DNA from: Vicinamibacterales bacterium
Lineage (GTDB): Bacteria > Acidobacteriota > Vicinamibacteria > Vicinamibacterales > JAKQTR01
Reading direction: 5' to 3'
Assembly: GCA_025456345.1 (NCBI GenBank)
Contig: JALOKU010000026.1
Span: forward strand, 3,075 to 67,074
Length of the DNA stretch: 64,000 nucleotides
The translations under genes were made by a program, and so were the position numbers. Numbering within the stretch: the stretch's first letter is position 1; every line of letters starts with the position of its first letter. Positions 34,269-44,166 of the stretch are shown here, piece after piece. Under the pieces are notes generated by a model. That model saw only the letters and a program-made list of their open reading frames with translations, was not told the DNA's origin and did not search any database.

Positions 34269-36695
34269 ATGCTTGAGCTCTCCCTCGGCAACGTGTGGGC
34301 GTGGGTGATCCAGGTGGCGGCCCTCGCCGGCGCCGGCGTGCTCCTCCCGACGCTCCTTCGCATGACCTCTCCCAGGGCCCGACTGCTGCACCTCCGGGCC
34401 CTGCTTCTCGTCTGCCTGGCGCTGCCGCTCCTGCAACCCTGGGTGCCGAGGCCGGCGGCCGCCCTCCCGCCGGCCGTCGTCGAGCCGGCTGAGCTGCCGG
34501 CCGGTGGCGCCGCGCTCGCACCGGCCGGTCTGGCCGGCGGGCCGGGGCCCTCCGCCGCGTCCAGCGGCGCGGGCTTCTTCGCCCTGCGCCGCTGGCCCAT
34601 CGAGCTCGTCGTCGCCGGCGTCTATGGAGCGGGTGTCGCGGCCAGGCTATTCTGGCTCGCGCTCGGGCTGTTCTCGCTGGCCAGGCTTCGCCGGTCGGCC
34701 ATCCCGCTCGACCCGCGACCGGAGCCCGTCGAGGCGGCAGCGCTCCTGGTGGGTGTGGACGCGGCATTCCTCGAGTCGCCGAGAGTCGTTCGCCCCGTGA
34801 CGTTCGGCATCCGCCGGCCGGTCGTGCTGGTCGCTCCCGGGTTCTCGTCGTTCGATCCCGGCCAGCAGACCGCCATCGCCGTTCACGAACTGCTGCACGT
34901 CCGCCGCCGCGACTGGGTCCGGACGCTTGGCGACGAAGTGCTGCTGTCGGTGCTCTGGTTCCACCCGGTGCTGTGGTGGCTGGTGGAGCAGATCCGCCTC
35001 AGCACGGAACAACTCGTCGACCGTGAGGTTGTGCGCCTGGTTGGCGCGCGGAAACCCTACCTCGAAGCCCTGCTGAAGCTGGCCGCCGCCGGCCCGACGC
35101 CCATGCTCCAGCCCGCGTCGCTGTTCCTGAAACACGGCCACCTCGCTCAGCGGGTGTCGCTGTTCCTGAAACACGGCCACCTCGCTCAGCGGGTGGCGCT
35201 GCTCGTGCGGGAGGTGTCTATGTCGCGCGTGCGCCTCGTCTCGTCGTTCGTGCTCGTCCTGGCCGTGCTCGCCGCGGGCGGGTGGGCGGTCGTGCAGGCG
35301 TTCCCGCTGACGGCCGCTGCTGATCTGGCCGATCTCCCGTCGGTGCCTGTCGCTGCCGGCTTCAGGCAGGCGCCGCCGCCACCCCCGCCGCCACCTCCGC
35401 CCCCGCCTGCGCCGCAGGCCAAGCCGACGGTCGGCGTGAGCGTGCCGGCGCCGGGCGCGCTGCCCGCGGCGAGCGGCACGTTTGAAGCGTCCGTGGTGGC
35501 CGCGAAGCGCCTCGAGGATGCCGGCGACTTCGCGAGGGCCGAGAAGGCCTACCGCGATCTGACACAGGCGTATCCGAAGGACCCGAAGGCGTTCCTCAAT
35601 CTCGCGGGCTACTACAACCGGCGCGGTGATTTCGATAAGACGATCTCGGCGTTGGCCAAGCGGGTGCAACTCGAGCCGGCGAACCCCGAGGGCCCGTACA
35701 CGCTCGCGACGTACTACTGGGACAAGGCGTACCGGGACGCGACGCTCGACACCGCCACGAAGCGGGACCTCATCGCGAAGGGCCTGGAGCAGGCGGACCG
35801 CGCCATCCAGATGAAGCCGGACTACATGGAGGCGCTCACGTACAAGAACCTCCTGCTCCGGCTCCAGGCCGCGACCGAAACCGACCCGGCCGCGCAGCAG
35901 GAGCTGATCGCCGAGGCGGACAAGCTGCGTGACCAGGCAATCAAGATCAAGGAGGCCCGGACCAAGTGGGATGCGGTCCCGGCCAACGCCGTCAGGGTCG
36001 GCGGCGGGATCGCCCCGCCGACCAAGCTGAAGAACGTGTCGCCGGCCTACCCGCCCGACGCGCTCGCGGCTCGCGTGGCGGGCGTCGTCATCATCGAGGC
36101 GGTGATTGGCGAGGATGGCCACGTGCGCGATACGCGGGTCCTGCGATCGATTCCGATGCTGGACGCCGCTGCGACCGAGGCGGTCCGGCAGTGGGAGTTC
36201 ACGCCGACCCTCCTCAATGGCGCAGCCGTGCCCGTGATCATGACGGCGACGGTGAACTTCGTGCCCAAGGAGGGCTCGGGCGTTGCCGGCGGCGTGCCTG
36301 GCGGCGTCGCGGGCGGGGTCGTGGGGGGCGTGATCGGGGCGTTGGACGCGCCGCCACCGCCACCACCGCCGCCTCCGCCCCCCGGCGAGAAGTCATCGCT
36401 CGACCCGACGGCGCTGAAGGTGGGCGGCGGCATCAAGCCGCCGGCCCGGGTGGTGAACGTCAACCCGGTGTATCCCCCCGACGCCAGGGACGCGAGAGTC
36501 CAGGGCGTCGTCATCCTGGAAGTGCTGATCGGGGTGGAAGGCAAGGTGGAGCAGGCGAAGGTGCTGCGCTCGATCCCGCTGCTCGATCAGGCCGCCATCG
36601 ACGCCGTCCGCCAGTGGGAGTTCACACCGACGCTGCTCAACGGCGAGCCGAAGAAGGTCATCATGACGGTGACCGTCAACTTCACGCTGCAATAA
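34269..36695 (+). CDS. M56 (BlaR1-like) membrane metalloprotease fused to TPR region and two TonB C-terminal domains
   Basis: Starts 1 nt after the blaI stop. HELLH in AIAVHELLHVRRRDW. Two runs of 12 Pro. Two TonB_C copies (YPPDA...GVVI...AVRQWEFTPTLLNG) with 59/91 identical residues by hand alignment. Confidence 0.85.
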   Translation: MLELSLGNVWAWVIQVAALAGAGVLLPTLLRMTSPRARLLHLRALLLVCLALPLLQPWVPRPAAALPPAVVEPAELPAGGAALAPAGLAGGPGPSAASSGAGFFALRRWPIELVVAGVYGAGVAARLFWLALGLFSLARLRRSAIPLDPRPEPVEAAALLVGVDAAFLESPRVVRPVTFGIRRPVVLVAPGFSSFDPGQQTAIAVHELLHVRRRDWVRTLGDEVLLSVLWFHPVLWWLVEQIRLSTEQLVDREVVRLVGARKPYLEALLKLAAAGPTPMLQPASLFLKHGHLAQRVSLFLKHGHLAQRVALLVREVSMSRVRLVSSFVLVLAVLAAGGWAVVQAFPLTAAADLADLPSVPVAAGFRQAPPPPPPPPPPPPAPQAKPTVGVSVPAPGALPAASGTFEASVVAAKRLEDAGDFARAEKAYRDLTQAYPKDPKAFLNLAGYYNRRGDFDKTISALAKRVQLEPANPEGPYTLATYYWDKAYRDATLDTATKRDLIAKGLEQADRAIQMKPDYMEALTYKNLLLRLQAATETDPAAQQELIAEADKLRDQAIKIKEARTKWDAVPANAVRVGGGIAPPTKLKNVSPAYPPDALAARVAGVVIIEAVIGEDGHVRDTRVLRSIPMLDAAATEAVRQWEFTPTLLNGAAVPVIMTATVNFVPKEGSGVAGGVPGGVAGGVVGGVIGALDAPPPPPPPPPPPGEKSSLDPTALKVGGGIKPPARVVNVNPVYPPDARDARVQGVVILEVLIGVEGKVEQAKVLRSIPLLDQAAIDAVRQWEFTPTLLNGEPKKVIMTVTVNFTLQ
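35118..35195 (+). repeat. Perfect 39-bp tandem duplication inside the M56-TonB CDS
   Basis: TCGCTGTTCCTGAAACACGGCCACCTCGCTCAGCGGGTG occurs twice (35118-35156 and 35157-35195), encoding SLFLKHGHLAQRV twice. Confidence 0.9.
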
Positions 36696-36702
36696 GCCCA
36701 TC

Positions 36703-36735
36703 GGGGTCGGGTCGCACCTAAATGGACCCGACCCC
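36703..36735. terminator. GC-rich hairpin between convergent genes (GGGGTCGGGTC-N11-GACCCGACCCC)
   Basis: Perfect 11-bp stem, 11-nt loop. Lies between the M56-TonB stop (36695) and the czcA stop (36741). No U-tract on either strand. Confidence 0.45.
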
Positions 36736-36740
36736 AGCTG

Positions 36741-39700
36741 CTACGACGCCTCGCTGTTGTTTGCGCCGACTTCGAGGCATGCGCCGCCAGCGGCCTTTCG
36801 ACGCGCGACCCAGCGCTCGATGAGCTCGTAGATCGTCGGCAGGACGATCAGCGTCAGGAGGGTCGAAGTCACGATGCCGCCGATGACCACGGTGGCCAGC
36901 GGCCGCTGAATCTCCGAGCCGGCGCCGGAGGAAATCGCCATCGGGATGAAGCCGAGCGAGGCCACGAGCGCGGTCATCAGGACCGGCTTGAGCCGTGTGC
37001 CGGCCCCCTCGATGATGGCGTCGCGGATCGACAGGCCGTCCGACCTCAGCCGGTTGATCGCGGCGATCATCACGACGCCGTTCAGTACGGCCACGCCGAA
37101 CAGGGCGATGAACCCCACCGATGCCGAGAGGTTCAGGTTCAGGCTCCTTCCCCAGAGCGCGCCGATGCCTCCGACCAGCGCGAACGGCACATTGAGGATG
37201 ACGAGGCCGGCGTGCCGCACGGTGCCGAACGTGACGAACAGGAGCAGGAAGATAAGGGCCAGCGAGAGCGGGATGACCAGCACGAGGCGCTGCATGGCGC
37301 GCTGCTGATTCTCGAACTGGCCGCCCCACGTGATGTGATACCCCTCGGGCATCCTCACCCGGCCCTCGAGGCGGCGCTGCGCTTCGGCGACGAAGCTGCC
37401 GACGTCCCGCCCGCGCACGTTCGTCTGGACGACCAGGCGCCGTTCCCCGTTCTCGTGGTTGATGGCTTCGGGACCGCGGACCATGGCCACGCTCGCCACG
37501 TTGCCGAGGGGAACGCGCTCGCCGCCCGGCGCCGTCAGCAACAGGTTGGCGATGGCCTCGGGATTGCTCCGCATCGCGTCCGGGAACCGAACGACGACGT
37601 CGAAGCGCCGGGAGCCATCGAGGACCTCGGTGGCGATCGCGCCGCCGACAGCCGTTTCGACCAGCTCCCGCAGGTGCGCCACGTTGATGCCGTACCGCGC
37701 CATCCTGGTCCGGTCGGCCACGATTTCCAGCTGCGCTGCTCCGGACAGGACCTCGACCTGGAGATCTGCGGCGCCGGAGACCTCGCCGAGGACGGTCTGG
37801 ATCTCGCCGCCGAGCCGCTCGAGCACGGCGGCATCCGGGCCGAACACCTTCACGGCGACGTCGGCCTTCACCCCGGACACCACTTCGTCGAGGCGCATGG
37901 CCATCGGCTGGGTGAAGTTGAACTCCACGCCCGGCAGAGAGCCGAGCGCTTCGGACATCGCGACGATCAGGTCATCCTTCGTCCGGCCGCTCTTCCAGGT
38001 GTCGATGGGGTGCAGGATCACGTACACATCGCCCTGGTAAATGCCCATTGCCTCGGTGGCGAGATCCGGCCGTCCGATCTTTGTGACGACCTGCTTCACC
38101 TCGTCGAACCGGCGCAGGATCGCCTCGACGTGCGTCGAGATCGCCACCGACTCCGGCAGCGACACCGAGGGCAGCTTGCGGGTTTCGACGAGGATCGACC
38201 CCTCGTCGAGCTTGGGCATGAACTCGGTCCCGATGAACGGCAGCGACCCGAGGGCGATGGTCACGGCGATGATGGACACCCCGATGGTCCGCACCCGGTG
38301 ATCCATCTGCACCGCGAGGTGATGCGTGTAGAAATGGCGGAGCCGTTCAAACCAGCGGCCTTCGTGTTCTCCGCCGCCGATCTTCAGGAGGTACGACGCC
38401 CCCACGGGCACCGCCGTCAGCGAGAGGATCAGCGAGCCCAGAATAGCCGAGCAGACCGTGATGGCCATCGGCTTGAACATCTTCCCCTCGAGCCCCTCGA
38501 GCGCGAAGATGGGCAGGTAGACGGCGACGATGATGAGGACGCCGAACAGGATGGGCCGGGCGACCTCGGTGGCCGCGGAGGTGAACAGGGCGAGGCGCGA
38601 CTCGGCGGGGTCCGCGCCCGGCAGGAGCCGGTACTCGCCGCGCCGCCGCACGAAGTTCTCCATCATCACCACGGCGCCGTCCACGATCAGGCCGAAGTCG
38701 ATGGCGCCGAGCGACATCAGGTTCGCCGACACGCCGAAGTACCGCATCCCGATGAACGCGACGAGCATCGACATCGGGATGACCGCCGCCACCAGCAGCG
38801 CCGCGCGGGCGTCGCCGAGGAATACGAACAGCACGATCACGACCAGCAGCGAGCCTTCGAGCAGGTTCTTCCGCACCGTGTGGGCGGTGCGGTCGATGAC
38901 CTCGGTCTGGTCGTAGAACGGCGCGATGGACAGGCCCGACGGCAGCGTCGCCCCGATCTCGGCCATCCGCGCCTTCACACGGTCGGCGACGTCCTTGCCG
39001 TTCTCGTCCTTCAGCATGATGACCATGCCGGCGACGCTCTCGCCCTTGCCGTCGCGCGTGACAGCCCCCTGGCGGGGCATCGCGCCGATTGACACCTCCG
39101 CGACGTCGCGGATGTAGATCGGCGTGCCCTCGACGGAGGAGACGACGATGTTGCGCAGGTCGTCGACCGTCTGCGCCAGTCCGATGCCGCGCACCGTGTA
39201 GCGCTCGGACCGGTGTTCGATGAACCCGCCGCCGAAGGTGGCATTGTTGTCGGCCAGGGCCTGGAACACCTGCCTCAAGGTCAGCGCATACCGCTCGAGC
39301 TGCCGCGGGTCCACCAGCACCTGGAACTGCCGGGTTTCGCCGCCCCACGAGTTGATCTCGCTCACGCCGCGCACCGAGCGCAGGCGCGTGCGGATGTCCC
39401 AGTCGTGGAGGGTCTTCTTCGTCATCGCGTCGGTCGAGTCGCCCTCGATCAGATACTGATAGATCTCGCCGAACGCGGTGGCCACCGGCCCGAGCGTCGG
39501 GTCCAGCCCGTCGGGGATCCGGCTCCGCGCCTCGAGCATCCGCTCGTTGACCAGCTGCCGCGCGAAATAGACCGGCACGGCATCATCGAAGATGATGCTC
39601 ACAATCGAGAGCCCGGCCTTGGAGACCGACCGGACCTGCTCGGCACCCGGCACGCCCATGACCGCGGTTTCGATGGGGTACGAGACGCGCTGCTCGACCT

Positions 39701-39884
39701 CGGTGGCCGCGAGGCCCGGCGCCTCGGTCACCACCACGACCTGGTTGTTGGTCAAGTCGGGGAAGGCCTCGACGGGCAGGTCCCGGTAGGCGACGACACC
39801 CGTCGCGACAAGCGCCGCCAGGCAAAGCAGGACAAACAGGCGCTGCCGCAGGGCGGCCGCGACGAATCGTTCGATGGCGCCCAC
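36741..39884 (-). CDS. czcA: Heavy-metal efflux RND transporter (CzcA/CusA family, HME)
   Basis: 1047 aa. HME TM4 signature GAIDFGLIVDGAVVMMEN (the DFG..DGA..VEN type of divalent-cation HME pumps). Confidence 0.9.
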   Translation of the reverse strand: MGAIERFVAAALRQRLFVLLCLAALVATGVVAYRDLPVEAFPDLTNNQVVVVTEAPGLAATEVEQRVSYPIETAVMGVPGAEQVRSVSKAGLSIVSIIFDDAVPVYFARQLVNERMLEARSRIPDGLDPTLGPVATAFGEIYQYLIEGDSTDAMTKKTLHDWDIRTRLRSVRGVSEINSWGGETRQFQVLVDPRQLERYALTLRQVFQALADNNATFGGGFIEHRSERYTVRGIGLAQTVDDLRNIVVSSVEGTPIYIRDVAEVSIGAMPRQGAVTRDGKGESVAGMVIMLKDENGKDVADRVKARMAEIGATLPSGLSIAPFYDQTEVIDRTAHTVRKNLLEGSLLVVIVLFVFLGDARAALLVAAVIPMSMLVAFIGMRYFGVSANLMSLGAIDFGLIVDGAVVMMENFVRRRGEYRLLPGADPAESRLALFTSAATEVARPILFGVLIIVAVYLPIFALEGLEGKMFKPMAITVCSAILGSLILSLTAVPVGASYLLKIGGGEHEGRWFERLRHFYTHHLAVQMDHRVRTIGVSIIAVTIALGSLPFIGTEFMPKLDEGSILVETRKLPSVSLPESVAISTHVEAILRRFDEVKQVVTKIGRPDLATEAMGIYQGDVYVILHPIDTWKSGRTKDDLIVAMSEALGSLPGVEFNFTQPMAMRLDEVVSGVKADVAVKVFGPDAAVLERLGGEIQTVLGEVSGAADLQVEVLSGAAQLEIVADRTRMARYGINVAHLRELVETAVGGAIATEVLDGSRRFDVVVRFPDAMRSNPEAIANLLLTAPGGERVPLGNVASVAMVRGPEAINHENGERRLVVQTNVRGRDVGSFVAEAQRRLEGRVRMPEGYHITWGGQFENQQRAMQRLVLVIPLSLALIFLLLFVTFGTVRHAGLVILNVPFALVGGIGALWGRSLNLNLSASVGFIALFGVAVLNGVVMIAAINRLRSDGLSIRDAIIEGAGTRLKPVLMTALVASLGFIPMAISSGAGSEIQRPLATVVIGGIVTSTLLTLIVLPTIYELIERWVARRKAAGGACLEVGANNSEAS

Positions 39885-39885
39885 C

Positions 39886-41118
39886 TTAACCCTCCGGCGT
39901 CGTCGACTTCAGCAATTCGGACTTCAGCAGGAACGCGCCGGCGACAACGATGCGCTCGCCCTCGCGCAGGCCGCTCCGCACCTCGATCGCGCCGCCCCGA
40001 TCCGGCCCCACCGTGATGTCGCGCCGGCGGTAGCGGCCCTTCCCGTCTTCCACGAACACCACGGGCTTGCCGTCGATGTCCTGTACGGCGGCCGACGGCA
40101 CGAGCACGACCGGCCGGGGCTCACCTTCGCCGAGCATCACCGTGGCGTACATCTCGGGCTTGAGCCTGCCCTGGGGATTGGGCAAGGCGCAGCGCACGGT
40201 GACACGCCGGGTCTTGGGATTGATCATGTCGGCGACCCAGGCGATGGTGCCGGCAAACGTCTCCCCGGGGTACGCCGAGACCGAGACCTCCACCGGGACG
40301 CCGGCCTTGACGTGTGAAATGGCCGTTTCGTCAATCTCCGCCAGCGCCCAGAGCGTTGAGAGATCGCTCACGACGAAGAGGGGCGTGCCAGGCGTGACGG
40401 CTGTGCCCTCGGTGATCAACTTCTCGAGCACCACTCCGCTCAGGGGCGCTTTCACCGGGATCTGTTCGCCGGATTCGCCGGTGGGATCTTCGCTGTTCGT
40501 GATGCCGAGGTGCTCGAGTTCCTCCTCGGACCTCCGCACCTCCGTCTCGATGATGTTCAGCGCCTCCTCGGCGGCGACGCGGTTCGCCCCGGCGCGCTGC
40601 ACCTCCTGCTCGGAGATGGCCTTGTCGGCGAAGAGGCGCCTGGCCCGGTCGTCGGCCTGGACAGCGAGCTTCAATTCCGTCTGGGTCGTGCGCCGCTCCG
40701 CGATGGCCTTGCGGTAGGCCGCCCACGCGTCGTGGACGATCGGACCGATCATGTGCGCCAGTTCCTTGCCCTGCGGAACACGGTCGCCGATCTCTACGAA
40801 GACCTCGATGACCTTGCCGTCGACCGGCGATCCGATGCGCGCCGTCCGGCGCTCGTCGAGCGCGAGCACGCCCGGGGCCTCGAGTTGTTGCCGCCGTGTC
40901 ACGCTCCTGGCCGCCTCCACGACGAGACCCGCCTCGCGGGCGGCGGCGTCGGAGAGCGCGACGGTGCCGGCTGGTGCGATCGGGCCGGCGGGCTCAGCCG
41001 GGGCCGGCGCCGGAGCGCGAAGGGTGTAGAAGGCGGCCAGCGCGATGACCGCGAGCACCGCGACGCCGACGAGGACCGGCTTGAGCCGGACATTGCCACC
41101 GGGCGCTTCCGCGTTCAT
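39886..41118 (-). CDS. czcB: Efflux RND periplasmic adaptor subunit
   Basis: Single N-terminal TM, coiled-coil hairpin, barrel-sandwich motifs. Stop lies 1 nt before the czcA start. Confidence 0.85.
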   Translation of the reverse strand: MNAEAPGGNVRLKPVLVGVAVLAVIALAAFYTLRAPAPAPAEPAGPIAPAGTVALSDAAAREAGLVVEAARSVTRRQQLEAPGVLALDERRTARIGSPVDGKVIEVFVEIGDRVPQGKELAHMIGPIVHDAWAAYRKAIAERRTTQTELKLAVQADDRARRLFADKAISEQEVQRAGANRVAAEEALNIIETEVRRSEEELEHLGITNSEDPTGESGEQIPVKAPLSGVVLEKLITEGTAVTPGTPLFVVSDLSTLWALAEIDETAISHVKAGVPVEVSVSAYPGETFAGTIAWVADMINPKTRRVTVRCALPNPQGRLKPEMYATVMLGEGEPRPVVLVPSAAVQDIDGKPVVFVEDGKGRYRRRDITVGPDRGGAIEVRSGLREGERIVVAGAFLLKSELLKSTTPEG

Positions 41119-42428
41119 CGCACGATCTCCTCTCCCAGGAGCAGCCGCGCTTCGAGCGCGGCCGCAATCGCATCCAGCTTGAGCTGCACCGCTTCACGGC
41201 GGGCGTCCACGTAGACGCGCTCGGCGTCGACCAGCACGAGAATATCGGTCGCGCCTTCGCGGAAGGCCGACCGCGCGGCTGTCCGCACGGTTTCGGCCGG
41301 CCTGAGCAGCTCGTCGTCGACCCGTGCGGCGAGCGCTCCCAGGGCTGCCGCCGCGTCAAACACGACGAGGGCGTCTGCCAGCGCGCGCGCCTCGGCAGCC
41401 GCCACATCGGACAGGGAGGCGGCGCGGTCGCCGGCGGCGATGGCCACGGCCTGTTTGTTCCTGTCGAAGAGCGGGATCGCGATCATGAGGCCGGCGACCG
41501 CGGTGTCGAAGCCTGCGGTGCGCTTGTAGCCGCCCGCCACGTTGAGGTCCGGGACGCGCCGCGCGCGCTCCAGCGCCAGCGCTTCGGCGGCCCGCGCCGA
41601 CCTCGCCCTGGCGGCGAGCACCTCCGGGGACGCGGCTGCCGCCTTCGCCGCAAGCTCGGCGGGATTTCCGGCCGGGATCGGGCGCAGCGCCGGTTCCGTC
41701 AGCTGGCCGGCTCGCAGGGGGACGGGCTCCTGCATCAGGGAGGCGAGCTGGGCCAGGCTGCGCGCGAGATCGAGGCGCGCACGGAGCAATTGCGTCTGCA
41801 CCCGCGCCGACTCGGCCTGGAACTTCGCGAGGTCCGCTTCTGCCGCGTACCCTTCGCGCACGCGCGACGTCATGGCCCGGAGCAGCGTGTCGAGGCCCTC
41901 GCGGTTGCTTTCGAGCGCCCCCAGCCACTCGCGGCTGCGCACGGCGTCCATGAACAGCCGCACGGTTTCCATCACCAGCGCGCGGTCGGTCTGCGCCATC
42001 GCGGCTTCGGCGGCGGCGTGCTCCGCTCGAGCAATCCCGATGCGCCTGCCTCTCTGGCCGCCCAGCTCCACAGGCTGTGTGAGCACGGTGAAGAAGTCGA
42101 GGCCAGGAGGCGATCCCGGTTCCGGGTGGGGCGTCCAGGCCCAGGACCCGAATGTCCAGTTCTCCGAGCGTACCTCGACGGCAGGGTTGGGCCACGAGCC
42201 GGACGACTCCGCGGCCAACTTCGCAGCATCACGTTTCGCCTGGGCCGATCGGCGGCTTGGCGCACGGGCCAGGACCGTTGAGATGGCCTGTTCCACCGTG
42301 ATCGTACCCGGGGAACCGGCTGGCGCGGCCTGAGGGGGAGGTGACGCGGAGACACCCGTGGCCGTCAGGGAAACAGCGAGGAGAAGAGTACTGATCATCT
42401 GAAGCACCTGACCGGGGACGCCAGTCAA
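41115..42428 (-). CDS. czcC: TolC-family outer membrane efflux protein
   Basis: Two OEP repeats. 4-nt overlap with the adaptor gene. True start may be the internal MISTLLLAV (42398). Confidence 0.8.
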   Translation of the reverse strand: MTGVPGQVLQMISTLLLAVSLTATGVSASPPPQAAPAGSPGTITVEQAISTVLARAPSRRSAQAKRDAAKLAAESSGSWPNPAVEVRSENWTFGSWAWTPHPEPGSPPGLDFFTVLTQPVELGGQRGRRIGIARAEHAAAEAAMAQTDRALVMETVRLFMDAVRSREWLGALESNREGLDTLLRAMTSRVREGYAAEADLAKFQAESARVQTQLLRARLDLARSLAQLASLMQEPVPLRAGQLTEPALRPIPAGNPAELAAKAAAASPEVLAARARSARAAEALALERARRVPDLNVAGGYKRTAGFDTAVAGLMIAIPLFDRNKQAVAIAAGDRAASLSDVAAAEARALADALVVFDAAAALGALAARVDDELLRPAETVRTAARSAFREGATDILVLVDAERVYVDARREAVQLKLDAIAAALEARLLLGEEIVR

Positions 42429-42497
42429 CGTCTGTCGCGCCAGCAGGATATCAGAGACACACGCGTGGCGGGACTCGTGGCGGCCCGCCGGTCAGCA

Positions 42498-44159
42498 TCA
42501 GTCCTGCTGGATGGCGACGACCTTCCTGGCAAGCCTGGCTGAGGTCGCCGCGCCCATGGCGTTGTAGTAGTCGAGGAACCGGGCGGGCTCCATTGAGGCC
42601 TTGTAGGGAGCGAGGTTCTGCGCCCAGCGATAGCCGATCGGCTGGTAGAGCAGCTCGACCTCGACGATGAACGGCCCGGCGGCATTCCCGAGCGGGACAT
42701 TCAGCCGCACGCGATCGCTGCCGCCCGTGAAGTTCGGGTCCGACGCCGCGCCGCCTGCAACCGCGATGTCGCGGCTGGCGGTCGCCTTGTCGAAGCCGTG
42801 CGGCAGGATCCGGTTGTCCTTCAGGTACTTCACCGCGGCGATGAGGCCGGTGGTCACCGCGCCGGCGGGATCGCCCAGGATAGGCTCGTACACCTGCACA
42901 TCGTCGGGTGATGCGATCTCGTCGTGGTGCGCCTCGTACCGCGTGCCGTCCTCGTCGTTGTCGTTGCCACGGATACGGCCGCTGGCCTCGAGCCGGCCGG
43001 ATTCGAAGACCACGGCGCCTCCGGCGCCTTTCACGGCGATGTGCAGCCAGGCGCGGCGGGACGGATATGCCGTGGGCAGCTTGTGACCGCCGCGGTTTTC
43101 GACCGTGATGTCCGCCGTCAAACGGCCGGCGTCGACTCGAGCCGCCGCCACCGACAGCGTCGCGGCCTCGTCGCGCAGGAACTCTTCTGCGACGAGCGCC
43201 GCGGCGTCCAGTTCCTGCGGGAGCGCCGTCACGCCGAGTTCGTGGCGGTACTTGTTCAGCAGGCGCGGCATGAAGAAGTTGCTGCCGCGGAAGTCGTGCC
43301 GGCGGAAGCCCTGCCTCGGCTCGCCGAGAATGCTGGCGATGGGCATCGCTTCCGGGACCGCCTTCATGTGGCAGTCCTGGCAGCTCTTCTCCGTGGCGTA
43401 GCGGCTGTGGCGCCACTCCAGGTACGGCACCTGCTCCGCGAGTTCGCCGACGACTTTGCCGTCGGGACCCAGTGAGTGGGTGAACAGCGTGTGGCAGGTG
43501 GCGCACAGGTCGGACGACTGCATGTGCGCGCCCTGCTTCGGCACGAACCTGGTGGCCGATCGCATGACCGACGCCGGCCCGGGCTTCACGTCGAACGGCC
43601 CGTATGCGGCGCGATCACCCGACGCGGACGGGGCGGCGACGACGAAGCCGGCGTTGAAGCTCTCGCGGGTGCCGAGCTTATCGGGCGTCGTCTGGTGGCA
43701 CACCGTGCACGATACGCCGTCGGCGGCGATGATGTGCTCGCGCGTGCCCCCTGCCGCGATGGGGAGGTGCGCGAAGACCCCGCCCAGGCGTCCAGCCGCT
43801 TTCGCCTCGTAGCGCATCATCGGCATGTGGCAGGCCGAGCACTCGTGCTCGATGGCCGCCGCCGCCGTCGGATGCTGCGTAATTTCCCGCCGCACGCCCG
43901 CCTGCCAGTACGGGTCTCGGGCGGCGTTGGCCATCATCGACGCCCGCCACGCGATGCCAATCGACGCGTCTTCGCCGCGCGGCGTGACCAGGCCGTTGTG
44001 GCAGGCCTGGCACTGGTCGGAGGTTTCGAACACGGGCGCGCCGGCCCTCGCCGTCCCGGCCGCGCCCTGCTGCCCGATGACCGCTGCCGACAGCGCGAGG
44101 ATCGTGACGGCCGTCGCGGAGGCGGCCGAGAGCAACCCGATGTGTGTCTGTCTCATCAT
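42498..44159 (-). CDS. Pentaheme c-type cytochrome, secreted
   Basis: Signal peptide. Five CxxCH motifs: CQACH, CSACH, CTVCH, CATCH and CQDCH. About 250-aa non-heme C-terminal domain. Confidence 0.85.
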   Translation of the reverse strand: MMRQTHIGLLSAASATAVTILALSAAVIGQQGAAGTARAGAPVFETSDQCQACHNGLVTPRGEDASIGIAWRASMMANAARDPYWQAGVRREITQHPTAAAAIEHECSACHMPMMRYEAKAAGRLGGVFAHLPIAAGGTREHIIAADGVSCTVCHQTTPDKLGTRESFNAGFVVAAPSASGDRAAYGPFDVKPGPASVMRSATRFVPKQGAHMQSSDLCATCHTLFTHSLGPDGKVVGELAEQVPYLEWRHSRYATEKSCQDCHMKAVPEAMPIASILGEPRQGFRRHDFRGSNFFMPRLLNKYRHELGVTALPQELDAAALVAEEFLRDEAATLSVAAARVDAGRLTADITVENRGGHKLPTAYPSRRAWLHIAVKGAGGAVVFESGRLEASGRIRGNDNDEDGTRYEAHHDEIASPDDVQVYEPILGDPAGAVTTGLIAAVKYLKDNRILPHGFDKATASRDIAVAGGAASDPNFTGGSDRVRLNVPLGNAAGPFIVEVELLYQPIGYRWAQNLAPYKASMEPARFLDYYNAMGAATSARLARKVVAIQQD

Positions 44160-44166
44160 CAGCTCC

